Shown here: in pieces, positions 56,477-64,000 of the stretch
Layout: every line of letters begins with the position of its first letter
Numbering within the stretch: position 1 is the stretch's first letter
Origin: Candidatus Woesebacteria bacterium GW2011_GWF1_31_35
Lineage (GTDB): Bacteria; Patescibacteriota; Microgenomatia; UBA8517
Direction of reading: 5' to 3'
Assembly (NCBI GenBank): GCA_001029755.1
Contig: CP011214.1
Location: forward strand, 1,754 to 65,753
Length of the DNA: 64,000 nucleotides
Program-made: the position numbers and the translations under genes
Notes under the pieces: model-generated
Database searches by the model: none
What the model was told of the DNA's origin: nothing
What the model saw: only the letters and a program-made list of their open reading frames with translations

Positions 56477-58457
56477 AATAGAAATAAATATTGACCAAAA
56501 TAAAGAATCGCAAAATGATAGGGGTAATCTTTTTTCTTTATTAAAAAGAAATATATTAATAAATACAATTAAAGAAAACCCTGGCAGTTGTAATTTACCA
56601 GAAGTCGTCGAAAACATATTAAAAGAAACTCTAATTTTTCCCCAAACTGAAAAGGTAGAATTAACAGGAAGTTTGGCCAGATTTGCGATTGGATTTGGTT
56701 CAATGGAAAGACACAATCAAGGAAAAGATGGTGCGAGTAAATTACTAAGAGAGGTTAATATTTCAACAAATAAAAATAATTTTGAAAACAATCCATGGAA
56801 AAACATTATTACTGATCTTTCTGAAAGTGATTTGGATATGGATACTTGTTTTTATTTTAGACCAGGTTATTCATTATTGGATTTATATAATTCATTGGAA
56901 GAAAAACACAAAGATTCTAACAATTTAAAGGTAGAAAAAACAGATATTATTAGCACTTTTTCATTTAATCTAATGGATAACTTTCAACTAGCCATTACTC
57001 ATGAACCAATTATCACTAACCCTGGACTTAATAAATTAACTATTGATATATCTTACAAACCAGTAAATGAAGATTATAAACAAATCATGCATATTGATGT
57101 TAGTGAATCCCCGATAGATGCAGAAAAAGCAAGAAGACAAAAAAGACATGGTGGCAGAACTACAAAATCGCAAGATAGAGGTCGTCTAACATTAAAAATA
57201 GAAAATAAAAAAATAATTTATGAGGTAACAAATGAAGCTAAAATGGCACTTAAGGGGAGAGAGAGAATTAGTACTTCTGGAAAAAATATGAAAGATATTT
57301 TTGAATTATCACTGCGTTCCTTGCGAATAAGATTAATTCATACACCTGATGATCTTTCTATTAAAATAAATCATCTTTTCCCACTTTTCGATTCTAAAAG
57401 TTTATTTTCAATTAGAAAAAATGTTCAAGAATATGTATCAACAAATAATAACAAGTTGACTACAAAAGAAATGTCTCTTCCTTTAAAAGACTTAATTTTA
57501 TGTTTTAACTACGATCCATATATCACATTACATTTCTTGCAAGATAGTAATTTTTATTTATTATTTCCAGGACTAAATAATATTACTTCCAAGGGTTGGC
57601 GTAATTTATATTTGAGCGATTGGTTAAATCTAACAACCGTTGATGGTAATTTTTTAGAACCTGACAAAAGATCGTTAAATAGTTTAGTTAAAGATCAAGA
57701 TGAATATAGTAAGAGAAATTTATCCAATGGATTCATTTCAATACTACACGCAATTAGTGAATTAAAATATCCTAAAAAAGAATTTGATTTAATGAATTCT
57801 TTTAATTACTTTGATACATCAAAGATAGTTGAATTTAATCAAGAAAGAATAAAATCAAATAAACCTACTAAAGCTATTTCTTACCTTTTAAATTTCTTTA
57901 ATGGTGGTCTAACTGAAATAGAAATTCAAAGACTTTATAATTTATATTCAGATAAAAAAATTGAGACTGAAGAATTTAGAAAAGTATTGCGTGAACTTAA
58001 ATTGGAATCAAAAATAGATAAACAATTACGTACAGTAAACATCCAAGGAAGAAAAAGATCAGTAATCTTATATGGTTTAAGAACTGTAAAATCACAAAAC
58101 CCGTTACAATTAGATAATTTAATAGATAAAACTAGTGAAGTTACAAAGCATCCATGTTTAGATCGTGCTAATGAATACTTGATTAAAAACTTTAAAAATT
58201 TAGAATTTAATGATAAAACCATAACTTTAAAAAGTATTCATAACTTTCTAAAAAGTAATGGAGTATTAACCTTAGAAGCGCTTAGATCATTTTCTTACAA
58301 AGATTTTTCAGATTTTTATAATAAATATAATAACGAAGAAAAAAATAAATTAAATCAAGGAAACTTTCAGATTTATTGCAGAGGCCTTCAAATTATTTCT
58401 GAAGATGTTTTAAGATATCCACTATTTTCAAATTATTTACGTTTAGATAAAAAATAG
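56445..58457 (+). CDS. Large hypothetical protein (670 aa), translationally coupled to the upstream regulator
   Basis: It overlaps the regulator by 32 bp. It is soluble and K/N-rich. GS...SDLDMD segments are at best a weak nucleotidyltransferase-like hint. No family was recognised. Confidence 0.45.
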   Translation: MEKDIAMFNHEIEINIDQNKESQNDRGNLFSLLKRNILINTIKENPGSCNLPEVVENILKETLIFPQTEKVELTGSLARFAIGFGSMERHNQGKDGASKLLREVNISTNKNNFENNPWKNIITDLSESDLDMDTCFYFRPGYSLLDLYNSLEEKHKDSNNLKVEKTDIISTFSFNLMDNFQLAITHEPIITNPGLNKLTIDISYKPVNEDYKQIMHIDVSESPIDAEKARRQKRHGGRTTKSQDRGRLTLKIENKKIIYEVTNEAKMALKGRERISTSGKNMKDIFELSLRSLRIRLIHTPDDLSIKINHLFPLFDSKSLFSIRKNVQEYVSTNNNKLTTKEMSLPLKDLILCFNYDPYITLHFLQDSNFYLLFPGLNNITSKGWRNLYLSDWLNLTTVDGNFLEPDKRSLNSLVKDQDEYSKRNLSNGFISILHAISELKYPKKEFDLMNSFNYFDTSKIVEFNQERIKSNKPTKAISYLLNFFNGGLTEIEIQRLYNLYSDKKIETEEFRKVLRELKLESKIDKQLRTVNIQGRKRSVILYGLRTVKSQNPLQLDNLIDKTSEVTKHPCLDRANEYLIKNFKNLEFNDKTITLKSIHNFLKSNGVLTLEALRSFSYKDFSDFYNKYNNEEKNKLNQGNFQIYCRGLQIISEDVLRYPLFSNYLRLDKK

Positions 58458-59347
58458 AAATAAAGAACTGGGAGAACAATTATTAGAGTAATAATTCCAA
58501 GTGTTATTTTAGTTCTATCCTTCGCAAATTTAACTACCTTTCCAATAATTCCATTGGGAGTTTCTGTTGCAGATGGATTATTAATAGTTTCAAGATTTGC
58601 TTCCTCACCCAACACCTGTCCAGTACCTTCTTTAGGAAGTACTGTAACCTTACCAGATCCATTTTGAGATGGAACAGGTGTTATAACTGTAACAGTTGTA
58701 CTTCCATCCCCTACTAAACTTGATGAATTATCTGCTTTATCTAAAGCTCTTAATGCATAAAAGTAAGTTTTGTTAAAATCTGGTGTATGTTCATCATAGG
58801 TCATATCAGAATTTGAAGATCCTGATATTCTAGCAATTTCATGTTGGTTATCTGCTGAAAAGTCTACAGTCTCTCCTCTATAAATAACTACTTTTGAAAA
58901 ATCAGTGTCATTAGGATTTATCCAATGAATTTTAAAATCATCACTATCAATTGTATCTTTATAATAACCAGTTACAGGTGATGGTCCTGAAATATCATAG
59001 AAAGAACTTGTTTCATCTGTAGCACCAGAAATTTCTACTTTAAAATAGTATTTTGTTTGATCACTAACTTGTGAACTTGTAACTTCAACTTGGCCAGAAG
59101 CTCCATTTATAATTGGACCTAATGTTACATAACTTCCACCCTCTTTTCTGTAATAAAACTGAGCTGAAATACTTGTTGGATCACTAGTTACTGCAGAATA
59201 TGAAAGTTTAAAATTATTTGTATTAAAGTAACTTGGAAGTTTACTTATTGAAACCTCAGGTGTTATTTCTGCAACAGCTGGTCTAACCAAAAGTCCTAGA
59301 CCTAATAATAAAGAGATTAAAAATGTTATAACTTTACTTTTTTGCAT
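58433..59347 (-). CDS. Secreted, C-terminally membrane-anchored protein with two Fn3-like beta-sandwich domains
   Basis: It has the signal peptide MQKSKVITFLISLLLGLGLLVRPAVA, Fn3-like segments (...FKIHWINPNDTDFSKVVIYRGETVDF...), and a C-terminal TM helix plus KRK. Confidence 0.5.
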   Translation of the reverse strand: MQKSKVITFLISLLLGLGLLVRPAVAEITPEVSISKLPSYFNTNNFKLSYSAVTSDPTSISAQFYYRKEGGSYVTLGPIINGASGQVEVTSSQVSDQTKYYFKVEISGATDETSSFYDISGPSPVTGYYKDTIDSDDFKIHWINPNDTDFSKVVIYRGETVDFSADNQHEIARISGSSNSDMTYDEHTPDFNKTYFYALRALDKADNSSSLVGDGSTTVTVITPVPSQNGSGKVTVLPKEGTGQVLGEEANLETINNPSATETPNGIIGKVVKFAKDRTKITLGIITLIIVLPVLYFYFLSKRK

Positions 59348-62300
59348 ATTTTCTATTTATATAAATCCCTATACCCAACATTGTAAGTGCCATTATAATC
59401 CATAGAGTATCACTTCCTGTATCGGGTAATTCTATAGAAGCTCCTAAAACTTGTCCCAATAGATTTCCACCATAACCTATTCCTGTTCCTATAACTACAC
59501 TTGAATTAGCTACATTACATTCAATAGTTTCTAAACTTTCTTCTCTTTCTTCTGACCCAATTGTTCCTTTACAAGTTGCAAAGTTTTTATATGATGATCC
59601 TTGAAATACACTTGATAACACTTTTGCTTTGTAGGTAATTTTAATTTCCTGACCACTTATTATGTCTCCAATACTCCATTTCAAAACGCCTGAGGTTATT
59701 GTCGGATCTGAGGTTGACACATCATTTATTAAGCTAGATCCTGAAACATATTCAAAACCACCAGGTAAAATATCAATTACTTCCAAGTTATTAATTGTTA
59801 CATTACCAGTATTTTTAACTTTTAAAGTATAAATTACTTCATCGCCAATTCTTGCTCCAAATAATTTATCATTACTTTTTTCAATCTTAACCTCTTTTGA
59901 TGGTACAAATCCAAAATCTGCTGCATCAAAGTTTGCCCCAGAGACAACTGCAATTGGACCATATGGATCGGTTGTAGTTGGTGCATATCCTGTAGGTACT
60001 GTTAAATCAACAACATCAACCCAATAATTACCTGGTAAAAGATTGGTAAATAGATATATACCTGATCCATCCGTTGTAGTTGATCCTACTAATATATCAG
60101 CCTCACCTAAATCTTGAATTCCATCACCATTATCTAAATAAAGATCAGTCTGAACTCCAGAAATTCCAGGTTCTCCAACATCTTGAATTCCATTACCATT
60201 ATAATCAGTCCAAACAAAGTCTCCAATTTCTGCAAGTTTGAAATTACCAAAATTTTGCACTACATTGTTATTATTTTGAGGTACATTAACAAAGTGACAA
60301 TTAGGATCTGTTGGATATGTTTGTGTCCAACCTGTCTTTAATTCCTCACAAACTTTATATGTAGCTGGGAATAGATGATTAAACCAATACCATCCTAAAT
60401 CAGAGCCAATAGTTGTGTCAGTTGTGGTTGTTTTTACTAACTTTGTATAATCGTTTGTCCCATTATCCCAACCATATAAATTAATAGCCCAATTACCAAG
60501 TGGATTGTCATCAATATTTTCAATTCCATTTCCATCTTTATCTTCCCATTTATATCCGTGAATTGAACCATTTGGAGTATTTATAAATGTACAAATTATA
60601 GTTTCACCTTCTCCTAGAATTATTCCATTTACACTATCTAAATTATCATATGTACCTTTAAAAGTTTCTCCTAATTTACAATAAGCGGTAACTAAATCGT
60701 ATCCATCTTGTTTAGATTCAATTGCCAAATATTCTCCAGTTTTAATATCATCAGTTATATTTTCTCCATTCAAATCAGTTGTAAGTGGAGATGGATCTTC
60801 TGTGTCAGTACTGTTTCCATTTATATCAATAACCCAACCAACACCCGGTGTTTGATCTGAAGTAGTAGTAATATAACCATCTTCATCAATAATTTTCTTT
60901 ACTTCAATTTTTCCTAAATCTCTCGTATTTGTAACTGTACAAGTTTTATTTTCTCCCAAAGCTATGGATCCATCGCAATCATCTGAGAATGATGATGTAT
61001 ATCCTGTGACAACATCCTCGGAAACAATATAACTTCCTACATCCAAAGAAGCTGTTGTTCCAGCTGAAGATCCTGGGAAAGAATCCTCACTTACATTGTC
61101 TCCATCTATATACATTGTAAAGTCGCCAGATACTTTTGCACTACTTCCTACAACATTTTTGACAACTGTTAAATGTGGAGTTTTGTCATCATTATGAATT
61201 GTACAAGTAACATTTTCTCCTTCATCTAGTGTTAAACTTCCACCTAATACACTAGGACACTTACTATCACCTGTAATATTTACAAAATTATATCCTTCCA
61301 AAACTGTCTCATTTAGAGAGATTGAAGTATTAGCATCAACTGTAGTTGTGGATCCTGAAAGTACCAAATTTCCTCCAACCATTAAACTAAAATCATCTGG
61401 ATTTGCGTCCCCACCATTGTCATTTGTTACATCTTTAATAAGTGTAATTGTTGGGGCTATATCATTATTAGTTATCGTGCATGTTGCAGTTCCACCATTT
61501 GGAATAACTACATCAGTACAGTTATTATATCCGGTTGAATATCCTGAAACTGATGGCTCAACTACTGAATATGTTCCGGCATTAACATTTAAATCATTCT
61601 GACCGTCAGATTCAAATGCAACAGCTGTTCCACCATTTACTTTAAATGTAAAATTACCATATGTTTCATTTCCACCATTATCTTTTACGAGAACTTTTTT
61701 AACAATTAAGGTAGCTGATTGATCATCATTTGTAATAGTACAAGTTACATTACTATTAGCAGAAAGGGTTAAATTATCATTTACTAAATTTCCACCAGTA
61801 CATGACCAAGAACTTGCAGAATATCCAACTGGACCTGATTCTGAAAGAGAATATTGTTTATTTGCTAAAATTTTACCAGTAATTGAAGGTCCATTTCCTT
61901 GAACTTTTAATGAGTTAGAATCATATATTGCAGAGAGTTCCCAATCAGAAGGTTCTTTGGTTCCACCACTATTATTGTTTACAACTTTTTCTAAAGTTAA
62001 AGTTGCTGTGTCAATTGCATTACAAAGAGTAATGTTAGTATCAACATCTTTATTTACTGTGACTGTTACGGGAAGCGTAATTCCTTCAGGAGTATTACAA
62101 GAATATCCTGTACTCCCTGTAGTAAACCATCCAACAAAATGATAATCAGAAACATCATCATTCTCGGTAACAGTGTGGGTTACTCCAGTTATAGTAGTTT
62201 CAATGCCACTTACAGTAGAGCCCATGCTATACGCTTGACTTGTGTCAACTTTAAAAGAAAAACCTAAAGTATTAGCTTGACTATTACCACCTTCAAATGT

Positions 62301-64000
62301 GTTGTCTCCATCACTATCAACTTTTTTATTAACTGTTACACTTCCAGTATCTCGAGTATTTGTAAATGTACAAGTTCCACCACTTTCTGTAACATCTAAA
62401 GAAGCAGTTGAACCTACAAATGTAGGACAAACTCCACCAGTTGAAGTTAATGTGTATCCTAATACAGAACTTGTTTCCTCAACTGTATATGATCCTGTAT
62501 TAAGTAAGGCACTATCTTCATCATGTAAACCACCTTGAACAAGATTTGTTATATTTTTGAAAATTGTAAATGTCCAATCAGAATCATTTGCAGTGCCTCC
62601 AATAAATATTTTATCAAAGAAAATATTCCCTGTTTTTCGAGTATTGTAGATTGTACAAGTAACATTATCTCCTGCAGAAAGATTTACTTCTCCATTAGCA
62701 CAATTTGAAGAATATGATATGTTGTAATCAGAAAGGCTTGTATCAGTTCCGGCAGTTTCACTAACTTGATATTGACCGGCGTTTAATATTAATGATCCTG
62801 TTGTACCTCCATCACCAACATTGGAAGCATAAACAGTAGATCCTATTAGAAGATTGAATTTACCAGGATCATTTGATGGAGTTAAATCTTTTATCACAGT
62901 TAATTTTGGATATTTAAAATTATTGAATGTACAAGTTACTGTTTCTCCCAAAGAAAGTGAAATATTATTAATAGAACTACCATCATTACAGGTTGCTGAT
63001 GTTAAATCCCAACCAGTGAGTTCATCTTCAACCAATGAATAATTCCCCGCTGAGAGTGGGCCACTATCATATGGTGTATCTAAATCATTTAATTGAAATG
63101 AATCAACTAAATTAGTAGATTTTGAGAGTGTAAAATCAAATTTTTGAGGATCTTCCAAAGGATTTGTCACTTTATCTACAATTATTTTTCCTGGAATATC
63201 ATCATTTGTAATAGTACAAATAATATCTTGTCCAGGATTTAAAGTAACTGTTCCACCAAGACTAGTTGGGCAACCAGTTCCTGCAATAGAAGTGAAAGAA
63301 TAACCAGCAAGTCCTGCCTCATTAATAGCATATTCCTTATTTGCATCAACTGAATACTTTTGTCCAGAATTTGCAGCTACCCCACCAATAGTTAGACCAA
63401 AATCATTAACTCCTGCAGTTCCACCATTATCTTTAATTACATTTTTAATTAAAGTAATAGTTGGGGCAATATCATCATTTGTAATAGTGCATGATTTAGT
63501 ATCTCCTAATCCAAGAGTGATTGATCCATTAGAAGCACAATTACCACTAATTGTCCCTGTATATCCTTCCTGATCTGTTTCAGAAATAATATAGGTACCT
63601 ACATTAAATCCATTTTCAATTCCACTTATTACACCAGTGTTATCAACAAAAAGTGGGAAATCACTAATTTCTTTGTTTCCACCATTGTCATTAACAACAA
63701 CTTTTATAACCGTCAATTTTGGTTGAATGTCGTTATTTGTAATAGTACAAGTTGTTATTTGATCAGTAACCACAGTAACATTTGTACAATTATCATAAGT
63801 AGTTGCATAACCAGAAACACCCGGTTCAATCACACTATAAGTTCCAGGAACAACTGTTAAATCATTTGTTCCACCTGTTTCAAATGCAATTAAACTTCCT
63901 CCATTTACTTGGAATGAAAAATCAGAGGCAACTTTTGTACCCCCGTTATTATTATTAACCACTTTAGTAACTCTAAGTGTTCCTTGACTATGTTTATTGT
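59334..64000 (-). CDS. Giant LPXTG-anchored surface protein (>1540 aa; N-terminus outside the window) built from more than 12 repeated roughly 100 aa prealbumin/SpaA-like two-Cys domains plus a DUF11-type domain
   Basis: The C-terminus ...ELPDTGSDTLWIIMALTMLGIGIYINRKYAKK is an LPXTG motif plus TM plus basic tail. The repeats carry K-rich first strands (TLIKNVIKDNGG / TVIKVVVNDNGG) and C-x15-20-CTITNDD ends. Near the C-terminus VKIEKSNDKLFGARIGDEVIYTLKVKNTGNVTINNLEVIDILPGGFEYV is DUF11-like. The ORF is open to the window end. Confidence 0.75.
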   Translation of the reverse strand, partial: NKHSQGTLRVTKVVNNNNGGTKVASDFSFQVNGGSLIAFETGGTNDLTVVPGTYSVIEPGVSGYATTYDNCTNVTVVTDQITTCTITNNDIQPKLTVIKVVVNDNGGNKEISDFPLFVDNTGVISGIENGFNVGTYIISETDQEGYTGTISGNCASNGSITLGLGDTKSCTITNDDIAPTITLIKNVIKDNGGTAGVNDFGLTIGGVAANSGQKYSVDANKEYAINEAGLAGYSFTSIAGTGCPTSLGGTVTLNPGQDIICTITNDDIPGKIIVDKVTNPLEDPQKFDFTLSKSTNLVDSFQLNDLDTPYDSGPLSAGNYSLVEDELTGWDLTSATCNDGSSINNISLSLGETVTCTFNNFKYPKLTVIKDLTPSNDPGKFNLLIGSTVYASNVGDGGTTGSLILNAGQYQVSETAGTDTSLSDYNISYSSNCANGEVNLSAGDNVTCTIYNTRKTGNIFFDKIFIGGTANDSDWTFTIFKNITNLVQGGLHDEDSALLNTGSYTVEETSSVLGYTLTSTGGVCPTFVGSTASLDVTESGGTCTFTNTRDTGSVTVNKKVDSDGDNTFEGGNSQANTLGFSFKVDTSQAYSMGSTVSGIETTITGVTHTVTENDDVSDYHFVGWFTTGSTGYSCNTPEGITLPVTVTVNKDVDTNITLCNAIDTATLTLEKVVNNNSGGTKEPSDWELSAIYDSNSLKVQGNGPSITGKILANKQYSLSESGPVGYSASSWSCTGGNLVNDNLTLSANSNVTCTITNDDQSATLIVKKVLVKDNGGNETYGNFTFKVNGGTAVAFESDGQNDLNVNAGTYSVVEPSVSGYSTGYNNCTDVVIPNGGTATCTITNNDIAPTITLIKDVTNDNGGDANPDDFSLMVGGNLVLSGSTTTVDANTSISLNETVLEGYNFVNITGDSKCPSVLGGSLTLDEGENVTCTIHNDDKTPHLTVVKNVVGSSAKVSGDFTMYIDGDNVSEDSFPGSSAGTTASLDVGSYIVSEDVVTGYTSSFSDDCDGSIALGENKTCTVTNTRDLGKIEVKKIIDEDGYITTTSDQTPGVGWVIDINGNSTDTEDPSPLTTDLNGENITDDIKTGEYLAIESKQDGYDLVTAYCKLGETFKGTYDNLDSVNGIILGEGETIICTFINTPNGSIHGYKWEDKDGNGIENIDDNPLGNWAINLYGWDNGTNDYTKLVKTTTTDTTIGSDLGWYWFNHLFPATYKVCEELKTGWTQTYPTDPNCHFVNVPQNNNNVVQNFGNFKLAEIGDFVWTDYNGNGIQDVGEPGISGVQTDLYLDNGDGIQDLGEADILVGSTTTDGSGIYLFTNLLPGNYWVDVVDLTVPTGYAPTTTDPYGPIAVVSGANFDAADFGFVPSKEVKIEKSNDKLFGARIGDEVIYTLKVKNTGNVTINNLEVIDILPGGFEYVSGSSLINDVSTSDPTITSGVLKWSIGDIISGQEIKITYKAKVLSSVFQGSSYKNFATCKGTIGSEEREESLETIECNVANSSVVIGTGIGYGGNLLGQVLGASIELPDTGSDTLWIIMALTMLGIGIYINRKYAKK

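Noticed and set aside
56445-58457. Assigning the 670 aa protein as a CD-NTase/SMODS-type nucleotidyltransferase (defence system).
   Set aside because: Only a loose GS...SDLDMD resemblance exists, with about 45 residues between elements, which is too long for the canonical motif. It is kept as hypothetical.
10013-61602. Numerous 60-115 aa ORFs in the track on the strand opposite to the long genes. Examples are 10013-10231, 15290-15493, 16731-16958, 17505-17823, 18668-18874, 19927-20160, 21646-21870, 22678-22908, 23252-23455, 24458-24682, 25023-25353, 26203-26400, 31950-32198, 35063-35251, 35544-35735, 39122-39394, 42061-42264, 43372-43647, 44070-44542, 45963-46145, 47155-47499, 48972-49154, 50177-50458, 52276-52556, 54707-54889, 55831-56304, 56471-56716, 57935-58222, 61348-61602, 61957-62142, 62299-62538 and 62854-63042.
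   Set aside because: All are embedded in or antisense to much longer, motif-supported genes. AT-rich DNA generates such open frames by chance, and none shows a recognisable domain.
1-64000. CRISPR arrays, tRNA and rRNA genes.
   Set aside because: No regularly spaced short direct repeats, no cloverleaf-like GC-rich segments and no rRNA-like conserved blocks were seen. Non-coding space is minimal.
59334-64000. Diversity-generating retroelement or repeat-driven variation in the giant surface protein.
   Set aside because: The repeats are divergent at nucleotide level. There is no reverse transcriptase gene or template/variable repeat pair in the window.
1-64000. Alternative genetic code (UGA as Gly, code 25), as in some CPR lineages.
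   Set aside because: The standard code already gives long uninterrupted ORFs with canonical motifs and conventional stops. There is no sign of in-frame TGA within conserved domains.

Overview
This is a very AT-rich window, roughly 30% GC by eye. Genes are tightly packed and almost all sit on the minus strand between 638 and 43105, with many stop/start overlaps. Long ORFs read in the standard bacterial code. The gene content points to an uncultivated Candidate Phyla Radiation (Patescibacteria, Microgenomates-like) bacterium; this is an inference from content, not a database hit.

The window is dominated by a roughly 42 kb glycosylation super-locus (1211..44243). It holds 19 large polytopic membrane proteins. 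Nine are GT39/PMT/ArnT-like GT-C glycosyltransferases, and six of those lie in near-tandem between 3378 and 16218. The other ten are further GT-C-like membrane proteins. Interleaved with these are eight GT2 enzymes (three polyprenyl-phosphate-sugar-synthase-like, one fused to a GtrA-like domain), one GT4, two SAM methyltransferases and one Wzx-type flippase. A DHH phosphoesterase and a DinD/RhuM/Bro-N-like gene are translationally coupled inside the same gene string.

Downstream lie four smaller clusters. (1) An orphan trmD, convergent on a dTDP-rhamnose operon: rmlD, rmlC, a WbuC-like cupin, a Nudix protein, an rmlB fused to a degenerate Nudix-like domain, and a galU-type nucleotidyltransferase. 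(2) A secretion cluster: a SipW-type signal peptidase fused to a lamin-tail domain, next to a TasA/camelysin-like protein with a SipW-cognate signal peptide, flanked by two CAP-domain proteins. (3) A plus-strand pair: a winged-helix (OmpR/PhoB-type) regulator plus a 670 aa protein of unknown function. (4) An Fn3-like anchored protein and a giant Ser/Thr-rich LPXTG surface protein (>1500 aa, start outside the window) built from repeated two-cysteine prealbumin/DUF11-like domains.

The left edge carries the 5' part of an SDR oxidoreductase and a Phd/YefM-RelE toxin-antitoxin pair with a perfect 16-bp palindromic operator. No rRNA, tRNA, CRISPR array, transposase or integrase was recognised. Coordinates of non-ORF motifs were counted by hand and may be off by 1-2 nt.
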